Notes: generated by a model from the sequence alone, not told the origin. DNA of 64,000 nt from Gammaproteobacteria bacterium (GCA_965238225.1 OZ250183.1:256001-320000), one strand, 5' to 3'; counted from the stretch's first letter, positions 30,378-40,982 are shown. Numbers and translations are program-made.

Positions 30378-33300
30378 TTGCCTAAATTTAATAGACTCAG
30401 GCTCAATACGTTTGGACGCAAAGCCAAGATGGTGCGTTTTCTACAACGCAGTTTCGTAGTGCTACAAGGCATTGTTTTCACCTTGCAGCCGATGCTGGTA
30501 CACGCTAATGCGGTTGTAATTGATGCTGCAGCGCCCGTAAACCAACAAGCAAGTCTCATCAGCGCGCCAAATGGCGTACCGCTAATTGATATTGCACAGC
30601 CTAACAGCCAAGGTCTGTCGCATAATAAGTACCTGAGATTTGATGTTGAACAACAAGGTCTGATTTTAAACAACAGCCTGAATGTTGAGCGTTCCCAATT
30701 AGGCGGTATGCTTAATGGTAATTTCAACTTCAGTGGTCAAGCAGCAGATTTAATCTTAAATGAAGTTACCGGCAGCAATCGTTCTAGTCTCGAAGGTTTG
30801 ATAGAAGTTCATGGCAAAAGTGCAGGTGTGATCCTTGCCAATCCTCATGGCATTACCTGTAATGGCTGTGGCTTCATCAATACACCAAGGGCAACATTCA
30901 GCACAGGTGTGCCAAATCTAGTTAATGGCCAATTAGATAGCCTCAATGTAAACCAAGGAGATGTGTTGATTGAGGGTCTAGGTCTTAATGGAAGCAATAT
31001 AGATTATTTCGATATCGTCTCACGCAGTGCTGTAATTAATGCACAGCTGCACAGCAAAAATCTCAACATCATAACTGGTCGCAATGATGTGAACTATACA
31101 ACACGAGGTATCGCTGCCAAGGCGGATGACGGCAGTACCAAGCCTTCCTTTGCCATCAGTTCTTCTGCATTGGGTGGCATGTATGGCGAGCGCATCACTT
31201 TACTTGGAACCGAGGCCGGTGTGGGCGTGAATCTTACCGGTGTGGCCTCAACATCTGTAGGTGATATGAACATGACTGCGGACGGAACCATTAACTTGCA
31301 GAATGTTTCTGCAAAAAGAGATTTAATATTAAGTTCTGTCACAGGTGACGTTCATATTAATGCTGATGCAACAGTTTCTGCAGAACGTGATGTTGATATC
31401 GTGGCTGATGTCACCACCGTTAATAATGGTGGCAGTATCGCAGCAGCCAATGACCTACACATAAAAAGCCGAGAGCTGCATAATCTCTATGGCTTAATCG
31501 TTTCTGGAAAAAATCAGACCTTGGAAGGTAAAACGGCAGGAACAAAATCAGAATTACTGGAAAACAAATCAGGCTCTTTGTTGACCATTGATGGCGATAT
31601 AAGCATCCGCACCGAGTTATTGCAAAATAAGAATCCAGCTGTTATCAACATCAGAACAGAAACCACAGATCAGCATCATGCGTATACGCAGGGTCGCCCA
31701 CCCACAGTGCCGCACTACTCTGACTTAGATTACGGAGCTTCTTACGGAATATCTGCAACAGCGTATGCCAATATGTATAGTAGTACACTCAAGCGCTTTG
31801 TTTTTCTTCCGCACCCAAATGAAGTTCAACGGATTATGGAAGCACACGGTCTCACATCTTGGGGCGCGGATGACTGGAAAACATATTACAACACTGAAGC
31901 AGGTGGATACGATGCAGCCAATGGCGGCGCATACGATCTAAAAAAATGGAGCCTTGTAGTGGGCGAGAGTGATTGGTTTACTACATCCACATATGTTGTC
32001 AGAGTCACACGCGATGTTGTTGATGGTATTACAGGTGAAAATCAGCTTGCACGCATTCAAAGCTCAGGCACAGGCAATATCTTCATTAATGCCGACACCT
32101 TGGAAAATGAAAGCAGCGTTATTTCTTCTGCCCAGAATCTAAGCCTAAATGGTACCACACTGAACAACACCGGAAAGACGCTACAATTTACTTATTTAAT
32201 AATGCTTCATGCCACCATCCCTATCAGGGCTCGGATAAACAGTCAGGGTTGGGCGCCTGATCATTCTTTCCACTTCTATATTCCCTGCGCTAGACCTGTA
32301 CCTTGTACAGAAACCGTCGGCACTGTTGCAGGCGTAATTGCAGCTGGTGGAACATTATCAGGCAGCCTTTCTGGCACAGTGACCAACCTATCAACTCCTG
32401 CCACAGATCAAGACTTGCCTGAATTTGCACAAAGCAGCGCAGTAGATATTAAGCTTCAGGAGGCTCGTGATCTATATCAGCAAAGTGCGCTTGAGCTGGT
32501 CTCCCCTGATCTGTTTGAAGATGCCCCTGTAGATTCTAATTTTTTGCTAGAAACTCGTTTTGCATTTATTGATGTCAGTCAATTTTTTGGTTCAGATTAT
32601 TTCCTAAGTGGACTCAATGATTACACGCCGGACAATACGATTAAACGTTTAGGGGATGCCTACTTCGACACCCAGTTAGTCAGCCAACTGGTGTTACAAC
32701 AAACACAACAACGTTATTTATTTGCGAACGTCAGTAATGATATAGAGCAAATGAAACAATTACTCGATCAAGGCATAGCAACTGCTAATGCCTTGAGTCT
32801 AAGCCCCGGTATAAGTTTAAGCCCCGCCCAACAAAACGCATTAACGCAAGATATCGTTTGGTATGAAAGTGTGGAAGTAAACGGCGAAAAAGTGTTAGTA
32901 CCCAAGCTCTATCTGACCTCAAACCGTGCGACACTTTCAAGTCAAAGTGGTGCTGTCATCAGTGCTGGGAAAGTCACTCTTAACGTTGGGGAAAACCTCA
33001 CTAATAGTGGTGTAATCCGTGCTGCAGAAACCTTAGATATAAGCGCCGTACAAGATATAAACAACCAAGGTGGTCGTATACAAAGCGGTGCTGATTTAAA
33101 CCTTACAAGCGTGCTTGGTAGTATTCGTAATGAAAATACTACTAAGCGCCTGCAACATAATGACAAGAATTTCCGTGAATACGAAACAAGCCAAGGTGAG
33201 ATTATTGCGGGCAATAATCTAAACATTCGTGCTGCTTATAACATAGAAAACATCGGTGCAGATATAAGCGCCACAGGTGATGCCAGCCTTCAAGCAGGCA

Positions 33301-35894
33301 ATGACATCCTGTTTTTGGCAAGAAAACGTGATAACGCTTCTTATGTTGAACATAGCAAAGGCTACTTTGAATCCACTGGCAGCAAACACGACCTATCCAA
33401 CATCACAGTAGGTGGCAACCTTGAAGCTGTCGCTACAAGAGACATCCTGCTGCAAGCGATCGATGTAACTGCCGGCAATGATATCCAGCTTCAAGCAGGC
33501 AATGACATTAGCCTCGTAGATGCACAAGATAGAACACACAGCAAAAGCGAACATAAAAGCTCAAGCTTCTTTAGCTCAAAGCACAGCATCACAGAACACG
33601 AAACCGTCACAAGCCGTGGCACTAAGCTAAAGGCTGGTGGTGATGTGCTGATTAATGTTGAAAAGACTGCAGGAGGCCTAGACTTTAATGAAGCTGCTAG
33701 GGAAGTGACAATTGTAGGCTCCGACATTGAGGCTGGACAAGACATCTTAGTTTATGCCGGAGACAGCATCAGCGTAAGCCACGGAGTTGACTATCAATAC
33801 CACCATGAAGAAACCACTAAATCAGGTTTCTTTGGACTGTCAAACAGCTACCGCAGCAAGACCACCCAAGAACAACGCCAACGTCAGGCCGAGGTTGGAA
33901 GTGGCAACGACATTCACATCAAGGCCAAAAACAACGTCGTCTTACTCGCGCCAAAGCTTCGTGCAGGCGGTGATGTAGACATAGAATCAGAACAAGGCAG
34001 CGTTACCATAGGCACCGCCAAAGATACAGACTATAGCCACGAAGAATACTCAAGCCAAGGCTTATTCACATGGGAATTCGGCAATGAAGGTCACTTAGAT
34101 GAAACCATCAGCCATGCTGAAATCACAGCAACAGGTGATGTCCGTATTACAGCTGCCGATGGCATCACTGTTGAATTAAAGAAACATGGCAACCTAGAAG
34201 CATCTATAGAGAGCCTAAGCCAACTGCCTGAATTCGCTTGGATGGCAGACCTGCGCCAACGTGATGACATAGATTGGAATACCCTAGACGAACAACACGA
34301 CTATTGGCAACAACACGAATCCGGCATCGGCGGACCCGGCATTACCTTCCTCACCATCGCCATAAGTATTGCCTCAGGGGGCATCACCAGTGGTTTTTTT
34401 GCAGACTTAGCAGCAGATATAGGCATTGCCAGTGCCACAGGGACAGCGGCCTTTGAGGCAGGACTAAACACCCTTATCCAAAAAGCAGGCCTTAGTCTTA
34501 TTAATAATGGCGGCAACATAGGGGCTGTCTTTGAAGAACTCATCAGCACAGATAATCTGCTTGCTATTGCCACAGCAAGTATTACAGCAGGACTATTAGA
34601 AGGCGCTGGTGTTGCCAATCATGATTTTTCCAAAGGCTTCCTTGCCCCGGATGCAATACTCAAGAATCTACAGAATCAGATTCTCGAAGCCACCATCCGC
34701 TCAGGTGTCAACACAGTTGTCACAGGAACAGATTTCACAGACAGCCTAAAATCCAATCTCCGTTTTGCAGCAGCTTCTGTTATTGGTGCACAACTGAGCC
34801 AAGAAATCGGCAAGGCTCTAGATCATTCAGAAACACGTGCTTTCCAACTTATCGCCCATGCAGCCGTTGGCTGTGTCTCAGGGCAAATTTCTTCTGGACA
34901 ATGTGGTGCGGGTGCTACCGGTGCGTTTGCAGGTGAAGCAGCAGCCTTAGCCTATCGCAATAGTCTTGCCGATGATATGCAGGATCTTATCAATAACAAC
35001 CCCAGTGAAGAACAAATCAATGCAAAGCTCTTCGAATGGCAAACCAATGGTGTGGATATTGCACGCTTAGCTGGAGGCTTAGCGGCCTTGATCAGCGGGG
35101 CAGATGCGGAAGGTGTTGGTGTTGGCTCCAATGCTGGCGGTACATCTACGGCGAATAATATCGTCATTCTTATTCCGCTCTTATATGCTGCTGCTGCTTT
35201 TTCTTCAGGATACTACGGAACGCTGTCAGCGAAACAAGTCGTTACAGGATTGATTTCAAATGATCCTCTAGGACAGGCCTTATATAACGCTTCTCCAGAA
35301 GTGGTTTTGAAAGCCATTTCTCATGTGGGTGAAGGGGTTAGATTGGTAGTCACTTATGTTGATGAGGCGACAGGGAAAACAGTATCCGGTGCATGGAATG
35401 ATCTCTCAAAGCCCACTCAAAACCGCCTCATAGGGGGCGTTGGGCTTGTTGCTGTGGCTATCCCTAGTGTCAAGTTTTTAAAGAAGGTGGGGACGGGCAA
35501 GAGATTGCCAAATGTTAATGGCAGCAATATTCAACGTGTTGATGCGAGCAAGGCAAATGTTGGATATATTCGCCCACCTCATGATCCCACAAAACCCATT
35601 TATGATTTTGACGCAGATGGCACCACACAATATGTGCGGGTATTTAATGAAGGGCCGAAATCTCGAAAAGTTGGTCAATGGATGATGCGTAAGGAAGATA
35701 TCAAAGGTTTGACGCCTGCACAGATTCAAGATAAGTTCGATTTGCCTGAGCTACCTACTCGTATTGTCGATGTGACTCCGCCAGCAGGAATAAAGATTAG
35801 AACAGGCACGGTTAATTCAGGGAATTTTGGCGGCTCTGGGGGAGGGATTCAATTCGAAGTGCTTGGTAGATATTATGAATACTTGGTTTGCTAA
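30378..35894 (+). CDS. cdiA: CdiA-like TpsA exoprotein with C-terminal toxin; the extreme C-terminus is probably frameshifted (alternative end 35916)
   Basis: TPS domain (ILNEV, NPHGITCNGCGFIN), YP-like region (GSDYF...RLGD...LTQDIVW...VPKLYL), FHA-2 repeats, DUF637-like block, TANN at 35148-35159, toxin-like tip. Confidence 0.85.
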   Translation: MPKFNRLRLNTFGRKAKMVRFLQRSFVVLQGIVFTLQPMLVHANAVVIDAAAPVNQQASLISAPNGVPLIDIAQPNSQGLSHNKYLRFDVEQQGLILNNSLNVERSQLGGMLNGNFNFSGQAADLILNEVTGSNRSSLEGLIEVHGKSAGVILANPHGITCNGCGFINTPRATFSTGVPNLVNGQLDSLNVNQGDVLIEGLGLNGSNIDYFDIVSRSAVINAQLHSKNLNIITGRNDVNYTTRGIAAKADDGSTKPSFAISSSALGGMYGERITLLGTEAGVGVNLTGVASTSVGDMNMTADGTINLQNVSAKRDLILSSVTGDVHINADATVSAERDVDIVADVTTVNNGGSIAAANDLHIKSRELHNLYGLIVSGKNQTLEGKTAGTKSELLENKSGSLLTIDGDISIRTELLQNKNPAVINIRTETTDQHHAYTQGRPPTVPHYSDLDYGASYGISATAYANMYSSTLKRFVFLPHPNEVQRIMEAHGLTSWGADDWKTYYNTEAGGYDAANGGAYDLKKWSLVVGESDWFTTSTYVVRVTRDVVDGITGENQLARIQSSGTGNIFINADTLENESSVISSAQNLSLNGTTLNNTGKTLQFTYLIMLHATIPIRARINSQGWAPDHSFHFYIPCARPVPCTETVGTVAGVIAAGGTLSGSLSGTVTNLSTPATDQDLPEFAQSSAVDIKLQEARDLYQQSALELVSPDLFEDAPVDSNFLLETRFAFIDVSQFFGSDYFLSGLNDYTPDNTIKRLGDAYFDTQLVSQLVLQQTQQRYLFANVSNDIEQMKQLLDQGIATANALSLSPGISLSPAQQNALTQDIVWYESVEVNGEKVLVPKLYLTSNRATLSSQSGAVISAGKVTLNVGENLTNSGVIRAAETLDISAVQDINNQGGRIQSGADLNLTSVLGSIRNENTTKRLQHNDKNFREYETSQGEIIAGNNLNIRAAYNIENIGADISATGDASLQAGNDILFLARKRDNASYVEHSKGYFESTGSKHDLSNITVGGNLEAVATRDILLQAIDVTAGNDIQLQAGNDISLVDAQDRTHSKSEHKSSSFFSSKHSITEHETVTSRGTKLKAGGDVLINVEKTAGGLDFNEAAREVTIVGSDIEAGQDILVYAGDSISVSHGVDYQYHHEETTKSGFFGLSNSYRSKTTQEQRQRQAEVGSGNDIHIKAKNNVVLLAPKLRAGGDVDIESEQGSVTIGTAKDTDYSHEEYSSQGLFTWEFGNEGHLDETISHAEITATGDVRITAADGITVELKKHGNLEASIESLSQLPEFAWMADLRQRDDIDWNTLDEQHDYWQQHESGIGGPGITFLTIAISIASGGITSGFFADLAADIGIASATGTAAFEAGLNTLIQKAGLSLINNGGNIGAVFEELISTDNLLAIATASITAGLLEGAGVANHDFSKGFLAPDAILKNLQNQILEATIRSGVNTVVTGTDFTDSLKSNLRFAAASVIGAQLSQEIGKALDHSETRAFQLIAHAAVGCVSGQISSGQCGAGATGAFAGEAAALAYRNSLADDMQDLINNNPSEEQINAKLFEWQTNGVDIARLAGGLAALISGADAEGVGVGSNAGGTSTANNIVILIPLLYAAAAFSSGYYGTLSAKQVVTGLISNDPLGQALYNASPEVVLKAISHVGEGVRLVVTYVDEATGKTVSGAWNDLSKPTQNRLIGGVGLVAVAIPSVKFLKKVGTGKRLPNVNGSNIQRVDASKANVGYIRPPHDPTKPIYDFDADGTTQYVRVFNEGPKSRKVGQWMMRKEDIKGLTPAQIQDKFDLPELPTRIVDVTPPAGIKIRTGTVNSGNFGGSGGGIQFEVLGRYYEYLVC

Positions 35895-35921
35895 TGCTAG
35901 ATCTTTAGGGGGTTAATTGCT

Positions 35922-36231
35922 ATGAATGAGAAATTAAAGGTCATAAGGAATTATTGTTAAATGACAAAAAGATAGTTGTCTACGAGGGGTATTTCCTAAG
36001 TCAAGATACTCGATCCGAAAGGATTATGAAAACGTGGTTTGCTATGATCAAAATAATGAAGTCGTTTGGAAGATTAATGGTGAGTTAGAGTATTGGCAGT
36101 ATGGATCAGATGCCTTTGTTGGTGTTGGTCTTTGTGATAATGGCCAATTAGTGGCTACAAACACTTCTGGTAACGTTTATATCGTTGATATTGAAACTGG
36201 CAAAGCAGTTTGGGATTGTTGGGTCAAGTAA
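35922..36231 (+). pseudogene. Putative cognate immunity protein (CdiI), two apparent frameshifts in its 5' third
   Basis: ATG 35922 right after the toxin; pieces join as MNEKLKVI/KELLLNDKKIVVYEG.../DYENVVCYDQNNEVVWKI...DIETGK, a small beta-rich protein. Confidence 0.6.
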
Positions 36232-36527
36232 ACCAAGAAACCCTCAAGTAAACAGGAGCCCCTGAATCAGCATTAAACGAAACCCATTCAAACCCCACCC
36301 TTGAAACACATCTAAACTAAAATCCAAGTTTTTAAGCTTTTTGACAATTTGTCGTACTTAAAATCTGCCACCGATCCCACATCTCAGTTTTGTACAGCCG
36401 TATAATTTTTTTGTGCGATATATCATATTTTACGTTCCATATTTTTATACTTAAGACAAAGTGTTGACCGATCAATTGAAGTCATAAGCGAACGCAGTTA
36501 TTCAGATAAATTCTTTGTATTGGTTAT

Positions 36528-38192
36528 TTAGGTGGTAAGAGAGGACTTACAGTTAGAAATTTTTATTTGATCGCGACCCGCTTTCTTTGCTGCATACATA
36601 GCCAAGTCTGCTGTCTCCAATATACCCTGCGAGGATTGGGCATGTTCAGGAAAGGTAGCAATGCCGATGCTGTTGGTTACGTCGATAATTTTATCATCCG
36701 TTACTGGAAAAGGAAAGTTGGCAACCTTCTGGCGTATTCGTTCCGCTAATTCTTCGGCTTTGGAAAGACCTGTTTCCGGGAGGAGGATGACAAATTCCTC
36801 GCCGCCATAACGGGCTGCATAATCTGTATTGCGTATTGAACTCTTTAATATCTTTGCATAGTTACGGAGAGTAATATCCCCTGTCTGGTGTCCATAGGTA
36901 TCGTTGATAGACTTGAAATGGTCTATGTCCAACATGAAAACTGACAGATCGTGCTTATATCGGGACGCTCTGTTTATCTCGTCGTTTAACTGTTTTTCCA
37001 ACATTTGACGGTTATACAGTCCGGTTAATGTGTCGTGGGTTGCTATGTATTTTAATTTTTCTTCCGAATGTTTGCTCTCGGTAATATCTTTGGCAAGTCC
37101 CTCAACAGCTATGACATTTCCATGATAATCAAAGACCGGTAGCTCAGACATTTCCAGCCATCGCTGCTCACCTGATTTATGTAAAATTTCAAAAATATAA
37201 GAGGGCTGTTTAAAACCTTGAACAGCTTTATCAGCTTTCTGTTTAATCTCCTTATTAATTGGGTTGTCTGTAAGATAGGTAGCCCAGTGGAGCATAAAAT
37301 CTTTCTGGCTGTAACCAAGCATTCTAGTTAGTGACTCACTAACAAAAGTGAACAACTCATCGATGCTATGCGAATAAAAAAAGTAATCTTTTGATAGATT
37401 TTCTACAAGTCTACGATATTGATTCTCACTTTTTTTACGTTCCGTAATATCCAATATCGTTGTTAAACGTGTATTGCGTTCATTGATGTTAAGTCGTTTT
37501 TCTCTGACTACTGCTGGAAAAATCGTTCCATCAGACCTTAAAAATTCAGCTTCATAATGGTCAGGATCTTCTTTTTTATTCTTATACTGTATCAGGTCTT
37601 TCATATGTGGTGAGATTAAATTCAGAATAGGTTTACCTATTATATCCCCAGCCTCGCATTGGAACATATCGCAAAATACGTTGCTAACATCTGAGAGTAT
37701 GCCATCTTCTGAAATTGCAACAGCTTCCAGAACATTATCGCTGAATAGTTTGTAACGTTTCTGATTTTCGTTAAGCAGACGTTGTGTATGTTCCTTATCC
37801 TTAAGGGTATTACAGTACTCAATAGCTCGTTCAATAGTCTTGATAAGATGATTAGGCGAGGAGCCAAGATCGTCCTTGACAATATAGTCGCATGCCCCAA
37901 GTTTCATTGCATCAACGGCTACTTCTTCGCTGCCCTTTCCAGTAAGCATCAATATGGGGTAAGAGGTATTATCCGTATCTCCCTTTATCTCCTTAAGAAA
38001 ATCAAGGCCAGTCATGTCAGGCAGAAGGAAATCTAGGAGTATGCAGGTTGCGCCATCGTTTTTAAGGGCGGCAAGACCGGAGCATCCATCTGTGACCTCA
38101 CGTATGGAGATTTCTCGATCCGATGCATCTAATATCAGACGCACCGCTTCCCGATCTATTTCATCATCGTCAATAACCAGAATTTTCCACAT
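36528..38192 (-). CDS. REC-PAS-PAS-GGDEF diguanylate cyclase
   Basis: ILVIDDD...LLDFLLPD receiver, two PAS/PAC segments, D.LTGL.NR, DIDHFK.IND.YGH, I-site RNTD and GGEEF. Confidence 0.92.
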   Translation of the reverse strand: MWKILVIDDDEIDREAVRLILDASDREISIREVTDGCSGLAALKNDGATCILLDFLLPDMTGLDFLKEIKGDTDNTSYPILMLTGKGSEEVAVDAMKLGACDYIVKDDLGSSPNHLIKTIERAIEYCNTLKDKEHTQRLLNENQKRYKLFSDNVLEAVAISEDGILSDVSNVFCDMFQCEAGDIIGKPILNLISPHMKDLIQYKNKKEDPDHYEAEFLRSDGTIFPAVVREKRLNINERNTRLTTILDITERKKSENQYRRLVENLSKDYFFYSHSIDELFTFVSESLTRMLGYSQKDFMLHWATYLTDNPINKEIKQKADKAVQGFKQPSYIFEILHKSGEQRWLEMSELPVFDYHGNVIAVEGLAKDITESKHSEEKLKYIATHDTLTGLYNRQMLEKQLNDEINRASRYKHDLSVFMLDIDHFKSINDTYGHQTGDITLRNYAKILKSSIRNTDYAARYGGEEFVILLPETGLSKAEELAERIRQKVANFPFPVTDDKIIDVTNSIGIATFPEHAQSSQGILETADLAMYAAKKAGRDQIKISNCKSSLTT

Positions 38193-38199
38193 GGGATTG

Positions 38200-38625
38200 T
38201 TAGTCTTTCGGTAGCTTGATAAACTGCCAATAATTATCGATAAATTCAATAACTTTCGTATGCATGCCACCGTCTTTGGACTTAATAGAGTACCCAGCGA
38301 TATTATTATAGGCGTGTGTTATATCCTCGTCGGAACAAGACGTCGTCATCACGAATATCACTAGGCGTTTGAGGTTGTCATCAGCGCGTATTTCGTCTAG
38401 GAATTCTAACCCGTTCATCCGCGGCATGTTGATGTCGAGAAGTACCACAATAGGATGCTGAATCTTTTCTTGTCCGTCCTCGCCACGCAGAATTTCAAGG
38501 GCTTCTATCCCGTCATGGGTTACCAAGACCGGATTGAGCATCTTCTTTTCTTCAAGAGCTCGTTTAGTGGCTTCAAGATCGATTTCATCATTTTCCACCA
38601 GAAGTAATGTTGCTATTTCTGACAT
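38200..38625 (-). CDS. Single-domain response regulator (Rcp1-like)
   Basis: LLVEND..D, LLDINMPRMNG, MTTS; ATG overlaps the kinase stop (TAATG). Confidence 0.88.
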   Translation of the reverse strand: MSEIATLLLVENDEIDLEATKRALEEKKMLNPVLVTHDGIEALEILRGEDGQEKIQHPIVVLLDINMPRMNGLEFLDEIRADDNLKRLVIFVMTTSCSDEDITHAYNNIAGYSIKSKDGGMHTKVIEFIDNYWQFIKLPKD

Positions 38626-40226
38626 TATGCTTGTTCTGCAGTTTGTTTTGGCCAAGTGAATTGGAAGACCGTACCACGTTTCAGGGCAGGATCAGAAATA
38701 ATCTTAATCGTACCGCCATGAAATTCAATGGTTCCTTTGACCAAAGCAAGCCCCATGCCGCTTCCCTCTACTTCATCTCTCGGTTGTAGAGTTTGGAAAA
38801 GACCGAAAATGCGCTCATGATATTTTTGGAGAATCCCCGGTCCGTCGTCTTCAATTGTGAACTGAGCATATTCGCCTAGATCATGATATTCAATATTCAC
38901 CTCTCCCTGATCGCGGTCGTTATGCTTTGCGGCGTTACCTATCAGATTTCGAAATACCAATTCCAGCGGCACTCTTTGAATTTGAATTGTTGGCATGTTG
39001 GATTTGATGTGAACCGCCATGCCCTTGGGCAGCGATATAAAGGTGATGACTTCTTTGATCAGCGTGCCAATGTTGACAGTTTCCGATTCTTGGATTCTTT
39101 TGCCGACTTGGGAATATTCCAGCAAACCATTGAGCATGGAATCCATGCGGCCGACCCGATTCTGGAGCAGATCCATGTAGTGTTGATTCTTTTCACTGAG
39201 CGTATTTTTCAGATCTTTAGACAACCAACTAATCAGATTTTCGATGCCTCGCAATGGTGATTTGAGATCGTGTGAAGCTACACAAGCGAATTGTTCTAAT
39301 TCGGTATTTGAGCGTTTCAGATTGCGGACTAAATCCTCGATTTTTTCAACCATGCCATTAAAGTCGTCGCCTAATATGTTGATCTCATGTGATGATAGTA
39401 TGAGAGATCTCTCGCCCATTTTCCCCTTATTAGAACTACTGGCAATGGCCGAAAGAGAGGTAATCGGCTCAAGAATACGACGCCTGATATGAAAAAACGA
39501 AAACACAGAAAATAAAACGACCGTAAGGATAAGTAATATGGCAATATTACGTAAAAAAATTGAAGCTGTTTGAATAGTTTTAACTTCTTGCAATGTTCGC
39601 CGATCCAAAAGTTTCATGAATTCCGAGATAGGCTGCATAATTTTGGTTTTAGCAGCGTGATATTCTTTCCCATGGAGAATTTCGCGTGAGAATTTTGGAT
39701 CAGGGCTTTGCTTGATGGTGAATTCTCCAGAATCGTCTGCAAACAGACCTTTTACGGTCATGAATGCAATTTTCTCCAAATTAGTAAGATCATCTGAATT
39801 TTTTTTTGCTTCATTCAGCTTTGCTAGTTCACCGCCAGACAACCCAGCCTTTTTCATCAAGTCCAAGAGTGAGATCGGAGCGCCAAAAGGTGTTGGTCGC
39901 TCCCCTGCTGGCGTGACAATGTCCCAATAAATCTCATTGTAATTTTGTGGGCGTGGCTTTAATCCATCGCGGATCGCCAAGATCTCATAAAAGTATTTTT
40001 CATATTTTTCATTGCCGGTGACGGCATAGGTGCGAACCATTCTGGTTAAGTCATCTGAGCTTTGTCGGAGTTGATCGGCCAGTCCGATAGCCTCAAGGCG
40101 ACCGGATACACCTGCGGCGAGTTTTATATTGTTCTTGACTAATAAACTCATCGTAACGATGGCTGCGCTAAGCAATACAAGGAGTATTATAAAGACTATT
40201 ATTACACGAGTTTGAATTGTGACCAT
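38625..40226 (-). CDS. Membrane sensor histidine kinase (periplasmic helical sensor, HAMP, HisKA, HATPase)
   Basis: Two TM segments, ASHDLKSPL H-box, NLIGNA, DDGPGI, GSGMGL. Confidence 0.92.
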   Translation of the reverse strand: MVTIQTRVIIVFIILLVLLSAAIVTMSLLVKNNIKLAAGVSGRLEAIGLADQLRQSSDDLTRMVRTYAVTGNEKYEKYFYEILAIRDGLKPRPQNYNEIYWDIVTPAGERPTPFGAPISLLDLMKKAGLSGGELAKLNEAKKNSDDLTNLEKIAFMTVKGLFADDSGEFTIKQSPDPKFSREILHGKEYHAAKTKIMQPISEFMKLLDRRTLQEVKTIQTASIFLRNIAILLILTVVLFSVFSFFHIRRRILEPITSLSAIASSSNKGKMGERSLILSSHEINILGDDFNGMVEKIEDLVRNLKRSNTELEQFACVASHDLKSPLRGIENLISWLSKDLKNTLSEKNQHYMDLLQNRVGRMDSMLNGLLEYSQVGKRIQESETVNIGTLIKEVITFISLPKGMAVHIKSNMPTIQIQRVPLELVFRNLIGNAAKHNDRDQGEVNIEYHDLGEYAQFTIEDDGPGILQKYHERIFGLFQTLQPRDEVEGSGMGLALVKGTIEFHGGTIKIISDPALKRGTVFQFTWPKQTAEQA

Positions 40227-40814
40227 TTACATTATCGAATTATTGTCAAAGCTTTAATCCATTTTATCCTTTTGAGCGTTATATTAATTACGCATGGTAT
40301 GAAAATACACATGGTGATTTCGGGTAAATGTAAGTATACTTTTTGGCAAAAGTGACCAACTGTTACAACTCGTCATTTTTATCACCACAAAGAAAATACA
40401 CAATAAGATGTAGTTACGTTTTTATTCATTTCTAATCTCTACTGTTAATTCAAACAAACAATCATAAATATTATTTATATACCATTTTACCCATAACGCA
40501 AAAAAAATTTATACAAATAAAGGACAATGTCCGATATAAAGAAGGGGCAAAAATCATTCATTACACTGACGGAGCAAAACCGTGGCATACCAAAAAACAA
40601 ACTTTATTCCGTTACAAGGAAAATATAGCCGTTATAAAAACTTACATCGCATTTGACACGGTTATCGCCAATCGCGGAGTTTGGTTTTGACCCAATGGAA
40701 CAAGTTTTGCAGTACCAATACCTTTATATTTTTTCTTCTACAGTTCGTATTGTTGTAGCTTATTCTATCCATAAGGATAAGAATAGCTACCGAATCACTC
40801 CTGTTCCTTTCTGC

Positions 40815-40841
40815 TTGGAAATTTAAGCACGCGGGTATAAT
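40815..40841 (+). promoter_or_regulatory. Probable sigma-70 promoter of deaD
   Basis: Perfect TATAAT at 40836-40841 about 140 nt upstream of deaD; weak TTGGAA -35 at short spacing. Confidence 0.4.
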
Positions 40842-40982
40842 CTGAATGTATTGTTCCCTACGCATCGCCCTAAAAGGCGCGAATAAGATGCATTTTTAAG
40901 TAATCTAGGTATACAATATGCAGCCCATTACCTACAGTTCCTTAATCATTTAAGACGGGTTAATACAAGGCAAATAACTTCG

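Noticed and set aside
36224-36262. TCAAGTAAAC repeated at 20-bp spacing after the immunity gene
   Set aside because: Only two short copies; not a CRISPR array and no clear att or orphan-toxin repeat.
40541-40595. GGGCAAA...TCA...TGA.GGAGCAAAACC.TGG, reminiscent of a c-di-GMP-I riboswitch beside a diguanylate cyclase locus
   Set aside because: Lacks the GNRA tetraloop and a convincing second stem, and no gene starts right after it; an Infernal search with RF01051 would settle it.
40662-40865. 67-aa minus-strand ORF upstream of deaD
   Set aside because: Overlaps the probable deaD promoter and has no recognisable features.
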